Shown here: positions 39,589 through 51,080 of the stretch, in pieces
Position numbering within the stretch: position 1 is the first letter of the stretch
How the letters are laid out: the number at the start of each line of letters is the position of its first letter
Assembly: GCF_018350175.1 (NCBI RefSeq)
Contig: NC_058383.1
Coordinates: 18,538,001 to 18,602,000 of the forward strand
Direction of reading: 5' to 3'
Length of the DNA: 64,000 bases
Origin: Felis catus
Lineage: Eukaryota
Notes under the pieces: generated by a model
Told to the model about the DNA's origin: nothing
The model's database searches: none
What the model saw: only the letters and a program-made list of their open reading frames with translations
Translations under genes and position numbers: made by a program

Positions 39589-40354
39589 TGTGGGAAATAA
39601 GTTTAGAAATTCCCTGGGCTTGCACCAGTGGGTTAACAAGGCATAAAGAATTACAAAGCCATAGGATGCTCTTACCCAAGCTTGAGTAGACAAGATTAGG
39701 CCCCCAGAATAGAGTAGGAGAGGGGCAAAGTTCCCCAGAATAGACGTGGCGGGGGCAAAGGCCCCTAGAATAGAGAGGGGGGCAAAGGCCCCCAACACAA
39801 AGGTATATGAAGTAAGCAAGATTAGGTATTCAGGGCAAAAGTGCCCCCCAATTTAGTACTATAGCAGTAAAGCTGCTTTCACAGGAGGGAAGGACCAAGT
39901 AAACAGGTAAATAGGGCTATAGACCTCTGCTGCTGTGGGTGAAGCAGCCCAGAGCAGAGCTGATTAGCAAAAGAAAAGGTGCCTTGTTAACCCTGAGGTT
40001 ATTTCCCCTATCTGCCTTATCCCCTAGGCTAGCTAAGATAAACAGACATTGCGCCTCCTGTCTGCCATTAACAACCATCTGCCCATCTGCCTGGCGCCAG
40101 GATTGACCCAAACCTCAAACACCGTGTATCTTCAAAACCCCCTTTCCCTCATGCCCATGAGTTAATGTTCACAGATTCATTGTCTCTTTGTGCATGCCCA
40201 TCACGTTTGTAAGCCTTCTGATCTTAATAAATACGGAGCAAGGACCCTTATTCGGGGTCTTGTCTTTTCGCAGACATTAGCCATCTCTTGCTTTTAATCC
40301 TGCGTCTGCTCTCTTGCTGGCCAAGAGAGAACTTTAGATTTAGAATCTACGACA
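39589..40354 (+). mobile_element. Solo LTR, about 766 bp
   Basis: TGTGGG...GACA termini; AATAAA 40226-40231; flanks AACAAT/AACACT form a near-perfect 6-bp TSD; internal about 28-30 bp GGGGCAAAG..CCCCAGAATAGA repeats at 39700-39800. Confidence 0.75.
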
Positions 40355-40823
40355 AACACTGACAGCTATTCCTTACTGAATACCTACTATGAGCTAAGCA
40401 CTTTTATGTAGATGACTCCATCTAAACTGCTCTTCATTTAACACTGTGGAAACAGGAGTCTTGGAGAAATCAGTGACTTTACTGAAGTCACACAAGTAAT
40501 AAGTGGAAGAGGTGGGATTCAAATCCAGATCTGTCTGACTCTATGACCTAAGCCTTAAGGCTCATGATCAACATCCCAAACCTATTGGTATAATGTTCAA
40601 CAAAGTAGCTTCCCCTCCACAGATAGAGTGACCACAAATCCTGAAGTGATGTATACTGGGTATTTTTTCCAATGCAAATGATATAGGATCCTATAGAAGA
40701 TTCATTTTTAAAACACTTGTAAGACTCTTTGTACACAAATTTAGAAATGAGGTTTAAAAGGCTGACTTACTACATGCCCCTGTTTCCAGCTCCGGAAAGC
40801 TAGATCACTAAAACTATGAATTC

Positions 40824-40930
40824 TTTTTTTTAAATTTTTTTTTCAACGTTTTTTATTTATTTTTGGGACAGAGAGAGACAGAGCATGAACGGGGGAGGGG
40901 CAGAGAGAGAGGGAGACACAGAATCGGAAA
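40824..40930 (-). mobile_element. 5'-truncated young Can-SINE
   Basis: Only the 3' ~107 bp present; perfect TSD TAAAACTATGAATTC at 40809-40823 and 40931-40945. Confidence 0.88.
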
Positions 40931-43199
40931 TAAAACTATGAATTCTAATGGACCTACCCACTGAGAACAGGGTGCCTCGTGCTGGGCCAGGTATTTATAA
41001 AACACACACTGTGGTTTACAAAACACTTCTTTTTTAAAGATTTTTTAAAAAGTCTGTTTATTTAAGCAATCTCTACACCCAACGTGGGGCTTGAACTCAC
41101 GACCCCGAGATCAAGAGTCACACACTCCACCAACTGAGCCAGCCAGGTGCCCCGACAAAACACTTTCAAGGCACCACTTCAGATCCTGGACAGCCAGCCC
41201 CTCTCAAACAGCAATACCATACAGCAACTGCAGTAAGCAATTCCAGTGTCCCCAGCCCAAGCAAGCACAGACTTTCATGCTTCAGGTCCTTTAAGCCTTT
41301 CCCTACCTCTCCGTGGGTCTCAAATTTGCTCGTCTTTCAGGTGCAAATCAAATGGCAGCCAAGTTAATACTTTCACGGCAGTACTTGCCAACATTTCTCA
41401 CACCACAGCATACACAGAACATAGTATTTATGATGTTATTTGTGTCCTCGTGTAAAAGAACAAAGCTGCTTGCAGCCAGAAGAGAATGGCAGGGGGATCT
41501 GGCTGTCCCAGGCCCTGCTCAGGTGCCCTGATGCCAAGGGCAATCAAAATTTCCAAAGCACAGTACACAAATTTCTGTTCTTGCACCTGTCACACACGCA
41601 CGAGACACTTGCATTAACTTGTCTCTCCTGCAGACCACAAACTCTCAGAAGACAGAGAAGCAGGCGTATTCGTCCCTATATTCCCAGCAACTAGCACAGG
41701 GCCTGGCACCTACTAAGTCTTCAAAATAGATTATGGGAGCTGAATCCTGGAAATCTCTTAAAACAGTCTTTCAGCTTAGAAGCATGCACCAATTCTGAAG
41801 CTGGGTTAGTCAATACCTTCTCTCCAATCCCAGAAAAAAAAAAAAAAAGTTCCTATAAACATACTCTAAGAAAGACAATCTACTCCCACTTACGGAGAAG
41901 AGGTACTTTTTCTCTATAAATTAATTCATTCAATAATTTGTTAAATACTGCTGTGCCAGGCATGAGGAACATACAGCAGTGAATGAGGCAAAGAGTCCCT
42001 GCCTTGCTGTACAAAACTTACAGTCCAGAAAGGAACACAGACATTAAACAAATAGTCCCATATACTTATTTGTAGGTGAAAGTTAAAAGGGACATAGAGA
42101 TGGGGCGCCTGGGAGGCTCAGTTGGTTAAGGAACAACTCTTGATATTGGCTCGGGTCATGATCTCATGGTTCGTGGGATTGAATCCTGTCGGGCTCCATG
42201 CTTGGGATTCTTTCTCTCTGTCCCTCCCCGGCTTGCATGCACATGTGCACTCTCTCAAAATAAATACATAAACATTAAAAAAAATTTTTTTAAATAAAAG
42301 GGACATAGAGGACAGAGTAGACACACAGATAAATTTGAATAAACAATGACAGGGATGTCGAAGAACCGAAAACACAAATTCTCAGGCAAAAAGGACAAAG
42401 TGCCAAAGAGAATAATCTACAATTAGACACCCAATAGTGAAACTTCAAAGCCTCAAGGGCAAATACATGATAATATACTGACTGGAGAAGGAAAGGGGAG
42501 GGGGACAAAATACACCAAGAATAACTCAGTGTTTGGCATGAGCAACTGGAAGAATGGTCAGACAGGTTAAGGTACGAGAAGGGTAAAACTTAAAATGTCA
42601 GTTTTGTACATGTTTGAGATGCTGATTTGACATTTTAAGAGATATCATTTGAGAGGTGACTATAAGAATCTGGAGTTCAAGGCAGAGCACTAGGCTGCAG
42701 ATAGAAATTTGAGAGCACAACACACAGTATTTATATTTAAAGCCTTGAAATTGATAGCTCCTAGGAAGTGACCACGGAGAAGAGATCCAGGATGAGGCCT
42801 GGGGGCGGTGTAATCATTAGAGATAAGGAAGAGGAACAAGAAATCAGCAGAGAAGCCAGAGAGCTGAGGCTACAGACGTGGCTATTGCACACATCAAATG
42901 AATAACGTGCTTCAAGAAGGGGCAACGATGAACTGCATCAAAAATTGCTACGGGAGTGCGAACGAAGTTAAAACTGAACTTGGCGACGTTGCGATCATTG
43001 GTGGCTTTGACAAAGTGCTATTTCAGTGGAATGGTGGGGGCCTAGACTGGAGTGGGTTCTCAAGAGACCTGGAGATGAGATGTCAGCTACAGACTGAAGC
43101 CCTAGGCTGTAAACGGGCGCAGACAGATGAGCAGGCAACTGGAAGTCTCTGGAGGGCGAATGAAGTCATCTCCTTAAGGGGGGCGCATCCTCGGCTGCT

Positions 43200-43750
43200 G
43201 TCTTCCCACACCTGGGCTGAGTACCCCGCCTCTGCCGCCTTAGCGCCCCGCACCGCACGCGCCAGCTTCCGGCGAGCGCACGCGCAAACTCAAACACCGC
43301 CGGCCCTCCCTCCTCCAGCCCCGCCTCTCCCCGCCCAGGGCGCGTGCGCACCGCCCCTCGAGAGCCGCCTCGGCAAGGCCCGGGAGTAGGGACGCACCGG
43401 GGACCCTAACCCTCCGCTCCCGTCATTTCCCGGGGGCCCCAGAGCGCGACCCAGCCCCACCTGCCAAGCCACGAACGGAGTAAGCACGTCGCGCTGGAAA
43501 TTGCGACGGCAGGAGCGGGCGCGTCCCTCGAATGCTTTTCAAAGCGTTAGCTAACGCCCTTACGTTCGAAGATTCGCGGCACGTCGAGAGCCACACACGC
43601 TGTTTTCCTTTTATGAGCTAGTCGCAGCGCGAACCCCTTCACGCATGCGCCGTCCTTCCCTTGTGACGTGCCGCGCTGCTCCTTGGGAAATGTAGTTTTT
43701 ACTTTGTCACCCTAGTCCGGAGTCAGCCGCTGGACCTTATTTTAACAAAC
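43200..43750 (-). promoter_or_regulatory. SGF29: CpG-island promoter and probable non-coding exon 1 of SGF29
   Basis: Only strong CpG island upstream of the SGF29 ATG exon, whose acceptor is at 22949-22950. Candidate donor CCG|GTGCGT at 43398/43397; NRF1-like CGCATGCGC 43642-43650; ZNF143/THAP11-type ACTACATTTCCCA on the minus strand 43684-43696. Confidence 0.75.
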
Positions 43751-46519
43751 TTAGGCCTTTGTCTGTTTTCAGTAGCCTCTCATTCCCCAAAGCCTCTATA
43801 AGATAATAATAATAATAAAAAAAAATTGTGTGTGTGAAACCACAGGTTGCTCCAAAAGATAAATTCTATTTTAAAAAGTTTGAATATATTAAAACAAACA
43901 GATCCTTAGACCCAGAAATTGCCCTTTCAGGGAGTCTTCTCAGGAACCTATTAAGGACGTGAGTAAATGTTTAACTATAATGGTTTACATACCAGTATCT
44001 TACATAACCCCTGCCAAAGTTTAGAAGTACATTTTATGTCGTTTGATTATTTGATACACTTGCCAGCCCAATAAGGTTAGGATCATCTGTTTTGTTCACC
44101 TATGTGTTCCCAGTACCTAGCACATTCCTAGTACCTATGAGGGCGCATAGTAGGCCCTCAATATTTTCGTGTGCACTTAGAAGGATCGCAGACTTCAACA
44201 CAAACTGTTTCAGCCCCAAATTAATGCATCATTCCCCCCCCCCCATCAAGGTTCTTTTTGATTTTGTGATCTCTGTCTCAATGATGATGGCATGACCATC
44301 TATCCAGTCTCAGCCCTATATCCTGCATTTTATGAAGCTAATGCTGGCAAGGATATCACAAATTTTGCGTTTGTGGAGGTCTCAAGAGCTGTTTCTCCTG
44401 AATGTCAAATACTGACCTTAGTTGCTCCTCAGAAGAGATTTGGAGCTCACGTTTGTTTGTTTGTTTGTTTGTTTGAATTTATCTTTAATCTCCTATACTA
44501 CTACTGTCAAACGACAGAAATTCAACTGAGTAACTTAGAAGGTCAAATTGGCTTTATTGAAACAGTTCGTGAATTGGGCAGCATCCCACCCACCGAGCTG
44601 AAGAAAAGGAAAGGTTTTTGAAGTGGAGAGGGAGCAGAAAAAAAGGATATTATTAGCAAAGAATACATTGTTTTGGGCAAGGTCACCCCTCCTGAGGGGA
44701 ATAGAAGGGATCTATCAGTAAATTTCCTAGTGCTGACCAAGAAATTCCATGTAGCTTGGTTAAATAATAAATAATAACAGTTCACATTGTTGGGGACTTA
44801 CTATGTACCAGGTGCTGTTAATATGTTTTGTATGTTTCATTCATAAAACATACTCCATACACTTATCGTCTTCACTACTTGCACCCTCGTCTGAGGGGTC
44901 TCTACTCCTCCTTCAACAACTGCAAGAGCTTTTTATTTGTTTATTCCCAGATGTGGAGGTTGGGTCACTCATTACTCGCTTTATGACAGACTACAATCAC
45001 TGGGCTCAGTACACCCTCTCTCTTGTTTTCTCTGTTTATGACCTTTATCTCTTCTCCACTCCTCCTCCCTTCCCCAGCGTGTGTGTGTCTTTACAAAACA
45101 CGCGTGTTGTTTAGGGTGCATGTATTTTTAATTTGCTTAAATGGTATTGTGCTATAAACCTCAGTTTCTTATTTTTTCCACTCCGCCCTGTACTTTTAAG
45201 ATTTGTCCTTGTTGTTGTGTGTGCCTGTTACTTAGAATAACTGTGCAGTCTTTCTCAATGGACATCCACATTGTAGTTATCTGGACCCGTGGTGATGGAC
45301 ATTTAAATCGCCTCCAACTACTGGCTACGGCAGACAACCAGCCTCATGCCTGTCCTCTAGCGGCCAATGTGAGGATTTTTCTGGGAAGTATAACTGCCCA
45401 ATGAGACTGGTAATAGCCCCTTAAATTGTCTGCCCTCACACATTCTGGCCAGAGCACTCTTCTTAAAACACAAAGGTGTGCGTGAACTGGCACCTGGGTC
45501 TCCCGCCCCATCACCTTCTCTCCCACCCCTCTCCACCTCTCTCTCTCCTTCAGCGTCTCCACTTCTTTAGGTCTTTCATACCTGCCATGTCCCTCCTCCC
45601 TCCTCTGGAGCATATTTCCTTGCCCTATTTACCTCCAAATCTCCTACTCAACTTCAGGTCTCCCTGACCGGGCCAAATCCCTCTGTCACGATCCCTCGAG
45701 AGCCCCATGTAGTAGACCTCCTGTAATCGTGACCATAACACAATAACACAATCGTACAGTTGTTTGTGGCATAATTTGATTTATGTCTGTCCTACCTCTC
45801 ACTCCTTAGATTATAAGCCCCGTGAAGGCTGGGCTCATACCTGTTTATGTTCATCACCGTATCTTTAGCACACAGCCTTGTGCCTGGCAGATAACAAAAA
45901 CATTTGTTAGATGAAAGAGAAAATGAAGGTGTTATCTCTGCTTTGGGGAGGGCCATTGAGGGGGCGGTGTCTTGGTGGGGTGACTGCTAGAGAATTTGGT
46001 CCTCAGGTCTGCAGGACCAGAAATTCCATTTTGTGAGCAACCTCTCAGGGTAGACTCACACCGAGGCAGCTCAAAAGGGACCAATGTACAAACCAGAACC
46101 CACTGATTTAGAAATGTGGTGCTGACCAGAGCACTCACTTTGCCTGGACAGCACCATTCCTTCCTGTGAGAAAGGCACAGTGTGGCAAAGAAAACTGGGC
46201 CCTTCTGGTCTCTGAGTCCCTTTGCGTCAGAGCATCACATCTGAAATCTTTTCCAAAAAGCCTTGAAAAGTCACAGGGATCTTGACTGAAGGTCTCTTTA
46301 GGTCAGGCGGAGGGAGTTACATTAGCATGACTTCCTAACAATCCCTTTACAAATCCCTTTCTTCACAGAGTTCCACTGCTGAGGACGGTGCTCATACTCT
46401 CCCTCCTTTTTGCTTTCTTCCTGCTCAGAACTGACTCTGTGCATGGAGGCTTCCGGCGCCTTCTATGGAAAGCCAGCTACCCATCTCTCACCTTGTCCCT
46501 ATTCATGCCTACCCATAAC

Positions 46520-47160
46520 CCACTTGAACAAAACAAAAAAGGCTTGAATCCCACACCCATCTTCTTAGTGCAGACGATAGAACTAACTAGAGGTCATATG
46601 ATCCCCAGACATGGCTGGACTGACCAGGGAACAACATACAAATCCAGGCCCAAGAGATAGAAATGCTTGCTTACTATTCAAAGGAACGTGAAGAAATACA
46701 GCCCAACTACTTGTATGCACCTACAAGTAGTCCGAGCACATACAGGCAGCTAACCAGCACTATCCTGAACACATAAGCACCAGATGCAGCTCACGAAATC
46801 TGTGACACACAGAACAAAGATATTTTTCAGATTCCAAGTCCCTCAAAAGGTGGAACAAACTTTTGACCTCCCTGGGACCGGACGAAGCGACACCAGAACC
46901 AACTAAGGAACCACTGTTAACATGACTTCATGGGCTTCTAATCAACAGCATCTACCTTCTCAGAAGATCCCTGACCCAAATTTTGCCCTGAAAAACCCTC
47001 ACTTGTAAGCCATCGGGGCATTTTGAGCATTAGCTCCTCGTTCTTCTGGATGGCACCACACCAATAAATACCCTATCTTCCTTCACTGCAAAAGCTCGGT
47101 GTCAGTTTTTACTGGCTTGCTGTGCATCGGGTGAATGAATTCTCACCGGGTTTGGTTACA
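46520..47160 (+). mobile_element. Probable ERV1-type solo LTR
   Basis: AATAAA at about 47063 followed by a typical U5 end (GCATCGGGTGAATGAA...GGTTTGGTTACA). The 5' end is uncertain. Confidence 0.55.
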
Positions 47161-47387
47161 GGCTCTTCCTTTGGATCTGACCTCCCATGGCAGGCAGGTG
47201 GGGCAAATTCTAACTCTACACTTACTGCCTTTCCTCCCCAACACATACAAAAGAAGCCGTAGCATGACCAGAAGGTGGCATAGTGTGTATGGAACCCAAG
47301 GCGGGAAGGGGATACAATACATTAACTCTTAAAAATTGGCTTTATCTCCTCCCCTACCCCACTGCCGCTCCTAAAATAGGTATACAT

Positions 47388-47820
47388 TGTATGGAGTATT
47401 ACTCAGCAATCAAAAAGAATGAAATCTTGCCATTTGCAACAACATGGATGGAACTAGAGTGTATTATGCTAAGCAAAATTAGTCAGAAAAAGACAAATAT
47501 CATATGACTTCGCTCATATGTGGAATTTAAGATACAAAACAGATGAACATAACGGAAGGGAAGCAAAAATAATATAAACACAGGGAGCGGGGGCAAAACT
47601 TAAGAGACTCTTATGGCTGGGAGGTGGGCTAAATGGGTGAGGAGCATTAAGGAGGACTCTTGACGGGATAAGCACTGGGGGTTATATGTAGGGGACGAAT
47701 CACGGGATTCGTCCTGAAATCATTATTGCACTATATGCTAACTAACTTGGATATAAATTTTAAAAAAGAAATAAAATAAAATATAAAATAAAATAAATAA
47801 AGTAAAATTAAATTAAAAAT
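47388..47820 (+). mobile_element. 5'-truncated carnivore L1 3' end
   Basis: MEYYSAIKKNEILPFATTWMELE ORF2 C-terminus, 3'UTR, A-rich tail; TSD-like AAAAT(A/G)GGTATAC on both sides. Confidence 0.85.
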
Positions 47821-48220
47821 GGGTATACGCGGTAGAAAGTCAAACACTGCAGAGATCTAGAATCTGGAATGGAAAAAGTACAAATTCTCCATGATCCCTG
47901 TCTAGGGTATGACCACTCCCGAAGAGTGTGATGACATCCCATCCCCTAGCCTCTCCCCCTTTCTTTGTTCAGTAACTACAATAATTTTGCTTACGAAAAT
48001 AAGATTGGCTTGGGGCTCTCTTTCTCTGGGGTGGGGGGAAGCCACTCCTCAAAGCACAGGAACTTCTGTAACCTGGGACAGCTGAGAGCAGGGCTGGGGA
48101 GGAGGGCTGGTGGGAGGGGGGCCAGATTCTGCCCCTGAAGAGTACTGGGCTCTACAGACATTCCCCATCCCCTACCACCACCCACTCAAACTGCAAGGCT
48201 ATGATCTTCACTATTTGAAA

Positions 48221-48640
48221 ATCGTATTTGAATAGATTTTCCTCTGTAAGTATGGAATGATGTATCAGATTGAATGAGCCAACAAGCAAATGCTCAAAGA
48301 TCTCCCTGATGGACCCCCAGGATTCTCTTGACATTCCTCAGGCTGGATGCCACCTTCAAAGACCAGGGCTTCTACAGGGGATCCCCAGAGCACATTACCA
48401 TCCAGGAGTGGTCAGACAGAAAGTCAGCTAGATCACATGACACCTGGATTGGAATTTATACAGTCAAGGATGGCTATCCTATCCAGGAAACCTTCACCAG
48501 GAATTACAAGGTGATGCTGTCCGCCCAGTGTTTTGACATCCAGCTGGACATTAAAGACCTCTGTGTGTCTACCCCACCAAGAAGGTCCCAGAGTACCCAG
48601 CAGAGAAGGTAAGCCCGCGAACGCAGAAGTGACAGCACTG
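48221..48640 (+). pseudogene. EPDR1: 5'-truncated processed pseudogene of ependymin-related protein 1
   Basis: Reads VFE*IFLCKYGMMYQIE*ANKQ/CSKISLMDPQDSLDIPQ/DATFKDQ...ITIQEWSDRKSARSHDTWIGIYTVKDGYPIQETFTRNY..FDIQLDIKD..TPP. This matches the EPDR1 C-terminal half, intronless, with in-frame stops and two frameshifts. Confidence 0.85.
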
Positions 48641-49292
48641 GACATCAGATGCCACGGCCTCGGTGGGAAATGGATTTGAGACTTGAAGAGACAGGGTTCT
48701 TCGCTGGAGGTAAATACCGTCGTCTTAGGAAGATAAACATAGTTGTGAGTTCTTCGTATGTCTGTAATTTTGACTACTCAAGCTATGTTTACAAAATGAA
48801 ACAGAATGGAGAACATATGGAAACATGAGATGAATAGATAGCTAATATGGATACTTCAGCTAGTTCTGAAATCCACTTGGTCCTGTTTTTTACGTGTGTG
48901 TAGGTGCATACTAGGTGCCCCGGCATACGAAGGGAGAAGGTGTTGGCTGTGGCAGGGAGGCGTATTGTACTATTGACACTGTTGAGGATTGATGGTGATA
49001 ATAAAAAGTACGTGATTTGGGTCAGTTTACAGACAACGACCCCTTTAGTGTCAGAATGCTGACATTGGCCCCTCCTACCGAAGCGATTCCTTTTAAAGTC
49101 CCTTCCGGATTTGGGCACCTGGGTGGCTCAACTGAGCCACTCGGTTGAGTGTCCGACTTCAGCTCAGGTCATGATCCCATGGTTCATGGGTTCAAGGCCC
49201 GCATCAGGCTCTGTGCTGACAGTTCAGAGCCTGGAGCCTGCTTCAGATTCTGTGTCTCCCTCTCTCTCTGTCTCTCTGCCCCTCCCCCACTT

Positions 49293-49331
<39 letters not shown>

Positions 49332-50545
49332 AATAAATAAACATTTAAAAAATAAAAAAATAATAAATATTTGGTTGCATTAAAAAAAATCCCTTGCAGA
49401 TTTAAGAGTTCTATGGCATGACCCAATTCATATAGAAATTTTGGCGTAACTAGAAGTCCGTACTATTCCTCTAAAGAGACATTTTAAGGGGCACCTGGGT
49501 GGCTCAGTTGGTTGAGCGTCCGACTTCAGCTCAGATCATATATCTCACACGCCGTGAGTTCCAACCCCGCGTCGGGCTCTGTGCTGACAGCTCAGAGCCT
49601 GGAGCCTGCTTCAGATTCTGTGTCTCCTCCTCTCTCTGCCCCTCCCCTGCTCATGCTCTGTCCCTCTGTGTCTCAAAAAATAAATAAACATTTTAAAAAA
49701 TTTTTAAAAAGACAAGAATAAAAAAGAGCACTGAACTGTGAGACAGGAGACTCTCGTCTAATAAATCCAGGACCAGAATTCCCTTGCGCTCTAGCTCCTT
49801 TGGCTAACTAAATGCGCTGTGCTTCCCTTCACTTTGGCCTTCCTGGGAAACTGACCTGGTCTCTCTGACTTCCTAGGTTAGCTCACACGTGAGTTTTTCT
49901 GAGAGTTGCTCACAAGCCTGGGTTAGGTGCATGGTGCAGCCTGAAGGTGCTTTTGTCACACTACTTATTACGCTGGGTGGTAACATCCTGCTTATTGGAC
50001 ACTATCATCCACCAGCCTATGAGCCCCTTGGATACGGGTGCCGTGTTCTGTTCACTTCTATATCCCAGCACCAAGCAAGTGCCTGGCGTATGATTGGTGC
50101 CCTAGACGTTTGTAGAATAGTGAATGCTAGCCTGTCTTGTCCTTCCTTCCTCCTCTGGTAAAGGGGTTGGGTTCACTGATTTCTAGGGAGTGTTCCAGGA
50201 GTAGAATTTATCACTCTAGACTCATTCATGATTGTTTTAGCTGACCATTCATCTTCTTTATTTACCAGAGGAAGTGTGATACCTATTTTATGCTGAAAAC
50301 AATGTATTACACACAGTTACTTTTATTATTTCAAAAACTGTAATGTAAGGGGCGTCTGGGTGGCTCAGTCGGTTAGGTGTCTAACTTCAGCTCAGGCCAT
50401 GATCTTGAGGTTCAAGAGTTTGAGCCCCATGTCGGGTTCTGTGCTGACAGCTCAGAGCCTGGAGTCTGCTTCAGATTCTGTCTCCCTCTCTCTGCCCCTC
50501 CCCCGCTCAGGCTCTCTGTCTTTCTCTCTTAAAAATAAATAAAAA

Positions 50546-51080
50546 CACCTGCACCCCGATGTTTATAGCAGCACTCTCAACAATAGCCAAAGTATGGAAA
50601 GAGCCCAAATGTCCATCGATGGATGAATGGATAAAGAAGATGTGGTATCTATATATACAATGAAGTCTTACTCGGCAGTCAAAAAGAATGAAATCTTGCC
50701 ATTTGCAACTACGTGGATGGAACTGGAGGGTATGATGCTAAGTGAAATTGGTCAGTCAGAGAAAGACAAATATCATATGACTTCATTCATATGAAGACTT
50801 TAAGACACAGAACAGATGAACACAAGGGAAGGGAAGCAAAAATCATATAAAAACAAGGAGGGGGACAAAACATAAAAGACTCTTAAATACGGAGAACAGA
50901 GCGTTACTGGAGGGGTTGTGGGAGGGAGGATGGGCTAAATGGGGAAGGGGCACTAAGGAATCTACTCCTGAAATCATTGTTACACTGTATGCTAACTTGG
51001 ATGTAAATTAAAAAAAAATAAATTAAATAAAAAAAGAAATATTTGGAAAAATAAATAAGTAAATAAATAAAAAAATTAAA
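50546..51080 (+). mobile_element. 5'-truncated carnivore L1 3' end fused to a SINE tail
   Basis: CTPMFIAALSTIAKVWKEPKCPSMDEWIKKMW ORF2 C-terminus, 3'UTR and A-rich tail. Confidence 0.85.
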
